DNA of 64,000 nt, taken from contig CAVYDL010000006.1 in the NCBI GenBank assembly GCA_963767275.1, forward strand, positions 941,867 to 1,005,866, read 5' to 3'. This stretch comes from an uncultured delta proteobacterium. GTDB taxonomy: Bacteria; Desulfobacterota; Binatia; UBA9968. Made by a program: the position numbers and the translations under genes. Position 1 is the stretch's first letter. Each line of letters begins with the position of its first letter. Of the stretch, positions 61,221-64,000 are shown one piece after another. The notes under the pieces are model-generated. The model was not told the DNA's origin and ran no database searches. It was given only the letters and a program-made list of their open reading frames with translations.

Positions 61221-62012
61221 TTGGAAGACATATCGCTGCTTTTTGTAGTTCTTTTAGTTGGCGCGGGGGGACAACTTCTCGACGGAACGTTGGGAATGGG
61301 ATTCGGAGTTTTCTCCGCCTCCGCGCTGCTCGCGGCCGGGTTTCCGCCGGTTACGGTGGTAGCCACAGTAAACGCTGCAAAGCTTTTAACCGGCATCTTT
61401 TCGGGCATCGCTCACTGGAGGGCCGGCAACGTCCGTTCGGATTGGCTGCTGCCTCTGATCATACCTGGAGTCGTGGGAGGCGTGTTAGGCGCATATCTCC
61501 TGGGTTCTCTGCCGCAGGAGAATTTCCGTTTCTGGATGGCTGTGGTGTTGTTGGGAATGGGCATGATCATTTTATGCCGAACTCTTTTTCCCGCTATCTT
61601 TTCGGTTGGATCCGCGGCGGCGGGTGAGCCTCCCCGACGCTTTTCTCGCCGTTTCTACCTCGCGATAGTAGGTTTCGTCGCCGGGGCTCTCAACGCTATC
61701 AGCGGCGCTTACGGCCCCTTCGCAACTTCGGGGGTAATGCTAATCGGCAAAGCTAAGCCCGCCCGCGCCATCGGTACGGCCAACATGGCGGAGATATTTG
61801 TGGCAGGAGCCGTGATTTCCAGTTTTCTCACTGCGCGAGGGCTGCAAACCGTATCCTGGGACTTGGCGATTGCCTTGGATCTGGGGGGCGCCCTCACTGC
61901 TCCACTGGCAGCTTATGCCTGCTCGCGGCTACCTTCCAGGGTGCTTCAGCTCGGAGTCGGGATGGTCTTGATCGGTCTTAACTTGAAAGTGGTCATCGCC
62001 CAGATCGGGTGA
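61221..62012 (+). CDS. TauE/SafE (TSUP, DUF81) family anion permease, a candidate sulfate/sulfite transporter
   Basis: 263 aa with 8 TM segments. The Gly-rich repeats 'LLVGAGGQLLDGTLGMGFGVF' and 'AIVGFVAGALNAISGAYGP' are typical of TSUP. Confidence 0.75.
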   Translation: MEDISLLFVVLLVGAGGQLLDGTLGMGFGVFSASALLAAGFPPVTVVATVNAAKLLTGIFSGIAHWRAGNVRSDWLLPLIIPGVVGGVLGAYLLGSLPQENFRFWMAVVLLGMGMIILCRTLFPAIFSVGSAAAGEPPRRFSRRFYLAIVGFVAGALNAISGAYGPFATSGVMLIGKAKPARAIGTANMAEIFVAGAVISSFLTARGLQTVSWDLAIALDLGGALTAPLAAYACSRLPSRVLQLGVGMVLIGLNLKVVIAQIG

Positions 62013-62341
62013 GTCTTGCCGCTCTAAAAATTAACGTCGTTGCCAACCTATTCAAGACGCACCCCACCGAAAGGCCAACCTGCTGATTGCTCGCTTTTCT
62101 GATTGTGCGGTCACTGTAGAAAGCACAGTTCGAAGTACGCGGTTGTCTCTAGGAATGTCACCTACGTCTCGAAAACCATCTCGCTGGATAATAATCATCG
62201 GCCCGGGGCCACATAATGAAAGCTTTACATGTCGGTGACGATGTTTTGTTTCCTCGGAAATAGTCAGTTTTTTGTTTTCAAAATGGTTATTGTCGTTGAT
62301 CGAGGCGCACCGGGGCATACTTCCGCCGGATTATTCAAAGC

Positions 62342-63706
62342 ATGGGGGAGGATAAAGTGATGGAGTTGATGGCGGAGACTGTTGTTGAAAATCGAAGTAA
62401 TTCTGTTCACGAGGATTGGGAAGCAAAGATTCGTGATCGCTCCGCAAAACTCGGAGTTATTGGCTTAGGCTGCGTCGGACTGCCACTGGCCATCGAAATG
62501 GCTCGCGAGGGTTTTCAAGTGACCGGGATTGATATTAACGGCAGCAGGGCGGCATCCGTCAATGCAGGCGTATCGTATGTTTTAGACGTGCCAAGTAACG
62601 TTCTCCATGCCGCCGTTGCTAATCGGAGCCTGAGAGCGACGCAGTCATTCGCCGCGTTGGAATCGGTTGACACTATCAGCATATGTGTCCCGATGCCTTT
62701 GCGGAAATCCAAGGATCCCGATCTTTCGTACATCGTGGCCGCCGTGGAAGCCGTTCATAATCACCTTACGCCCGGAAAGTTGATCGTTATCGAGAGCACC
62801 ACATATCCTGGAACTACTCGGGAGGTTGTGCTTCCCATTTTGGAAAAATCAGGTCTCAAGGCCGGTGAAGACTTTTTCCTGGCATTCTCCCCCGATAGAG
62901 TCGATCCTGGCAATCAGACTTATACGATACGAAACATTCCGAAAATCATTGGCGGCCTGACTGCCCGTTGTACTGCCATGGCGACGCTTCTTTACCGGCA
63001 GTTTGTCGACAGCGTTATTCCGATGTCCTCTTCGGAGTCGGCAGAAATGGTTAAGCTTTTGGAAAATACTTTCAGGAGCGTCAATATCGCTTTGGTCAAC
63101 GAAATGGCTCGCATGTGCTGCCAGTTCGGTATCAACGTCTGGGAAGTCATTGACGCCGCTAAAACAAAGCCGTTTGGTTTCATGCCGTTTTATCCCGGAC
63201 CCGGCCTGGGGGGGCATAGCATTCCGATCGTTCCGGACGATCTCACATGGAAAAGTAGAATGAACGGTTTTCAACCGCGCCTGATCGAGACGGCCGCACT
63301 TGTCAATAGCCAGATGCCGGAATTTACCGTCAGCCGAGTCGCATCTGCGCTCAACCAAAAAAAGAAGAGCATAAAAGGCTCTCGCCTCCTTGCACTCGGA
63401 ATTGCCTACAAGCGGGATGTTAGCGATACGAGGGAATCGCCGGCACTCGAGGTGGCAAGAGCTCTAATAGAAAAAGGCGCGGCGCTCGAGTATTCGGATC
63501 CCTATGTACCGATGGTTTCTATAGGCGAAGAAACTCTCGTGTCGGTTCCCTTGACCGCACAACTAATTCAATCGATGGATTGCGTGTTGATATTGACGGA
63601 CCATCCCGCTTTTGACTACCCCATGATCGCAACCCATAGTGCTGTAGTAGTGGATTGCCGAAACGCGCTCAAAAATTTCTCTGGTGCAAACGTGATGCCG
63701 CTCTAA
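62342..63706 (+). CDS. Nucleotide-sugar dehydrogenase (UDP-glucose/GDP-mannose dehydrogenase family; WecC/WbpA-like UDP-N-acetylhexosamine 6-dehydrogenase). Ser stands at the catalytic Cys position.
   Basis: 'KLGVIGLGCVGLPLA' (NAD Rossmann) and 'PGPGLGGHSIPIVPDD', where the family consensus is GGHC(I/F)P. The codon is agc at ~63208-63210. Confidence 0.8.
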   Translation: MGEDKVMELMAETVVENRSNSVHEDWEAKIRDRSAKLGVIGLGCVGLPLAIEMAREGFQVTGIDINGSRAASVNAGVSYVLDVPSNVLHAAVANRSLRATQSFAALESVDTISICVPMPLRKSKDPDLSYIVAAVEAVHNHLTPGKLIVIESTTYPGTTREVVLPILEKSGLKAGEDFFLAFSPDRVDPGNQTYTIRNIPKIIGGLTARCTAMATLLYRQFVDSVIPMSSSESAEMVKLLENTFRSVNIALVNEMARMCCQFGINVWEVIDAAKTKPFGFMPFYPGPGLGGHSIPIVPDDLTWKSRMNGFQPRLIETAALVNSQMPEFTVSRVASALNQKKKSIKGSRLLALGIAYKRDVSDTRESPALEVARALIEKGAALEYSDPYVPMVSIGEETLVSVPLTAQLIQSMDCVLILTDHPAFDYPMIATHSAVVVDCRNALKNFSGANVMPL

Positions 63707-64000
63707 CAACCTCTCTATTCTTTCCTTCCCGCGAAGGCTCACCCTTAGAATAATCATTGCTCCCATCGTTCCTTAGTCCGATCCCCGTTAGTACAGCCAC
63801 CTTCTCCTTACCCATCCCGCCTTGACGCAAACCCTATCGGCTCCAAGAGAGGCCAATCCCTCTCTTCAGTCGTCGAACTCTCCCACTGCTGGCATTCTTC
63901 CTATTCGTTCTCCTTGGACCGATTTATGGACAAGACAGACAGCGGAGCTTTATCCAAAACAATTCCCAGAGTGCCAATTCAAACTCCCTCGCACGCCGCT

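Overview
This 64 kb high-GC window is almost entirely a polysaccharide (EPS/LPS-like) biosynthesis locus with a strong sulfation signature. It holds six sulfotransferase genes or remnants of three subtypes, a bifunctional ATP-sulfurylase/APS-kinase (PAPS synthase), a CysQ-type PAP phosphatase (disrupted), and a TauE/SafE (TSUP) permease. The glycan-assembly set comprises seven GT4 glycosyltransferase loci (seven single-domain genes plus one tandem double-domain protein), MurJ- and Wzx-like flippases, an initiating sugar-phosphotransferase fused to an O-antigen-ligase/Wzy_C-like domain, two SDR epimerase/dehydratases, a nucleotide-sugar dehydrogenase, and an integral membrane protein of unknown function. 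Modification enzymes are two AsnB-like amidotransferases, a NodU/CmcH carbamoyltransferase, two DUF2334 deacetylase-like proteins, Trm112-like/methyltransferases and two sulfatase-like alkaline-phosphatase-fold proteins. Secreted glycan-active proteins are three pectate-lyase-family-1-like lyases (one decayed) and a tandem family of small Cys-motif parallel beta-helix proteins (4 copies). The locus looks like a segmentally duplicated module (beta-helix, GT4, ..., sulfotransferase, PL1 lyase) in which one set of paralogs has decayed. About 20 genes carry apparent frameshifts, several at homopolymers, so sequencing error and genuine pseudogenisation cannot be separated from sequence alone. No tRNA, rRNA, CRISPR array or transposase/integrase was recognised. 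The most unusual elements are the Cys-motif beta-helix paralog array, the PGT::Wzy_C fusion, the Thr/His-variant sulfatase-like pair, a Cys-to-Ser nucleotide-sugar dehydrogenase, and a near-consensus sigma-54 promoter in front of a fibronectin-polyproline-PL1 lyase.
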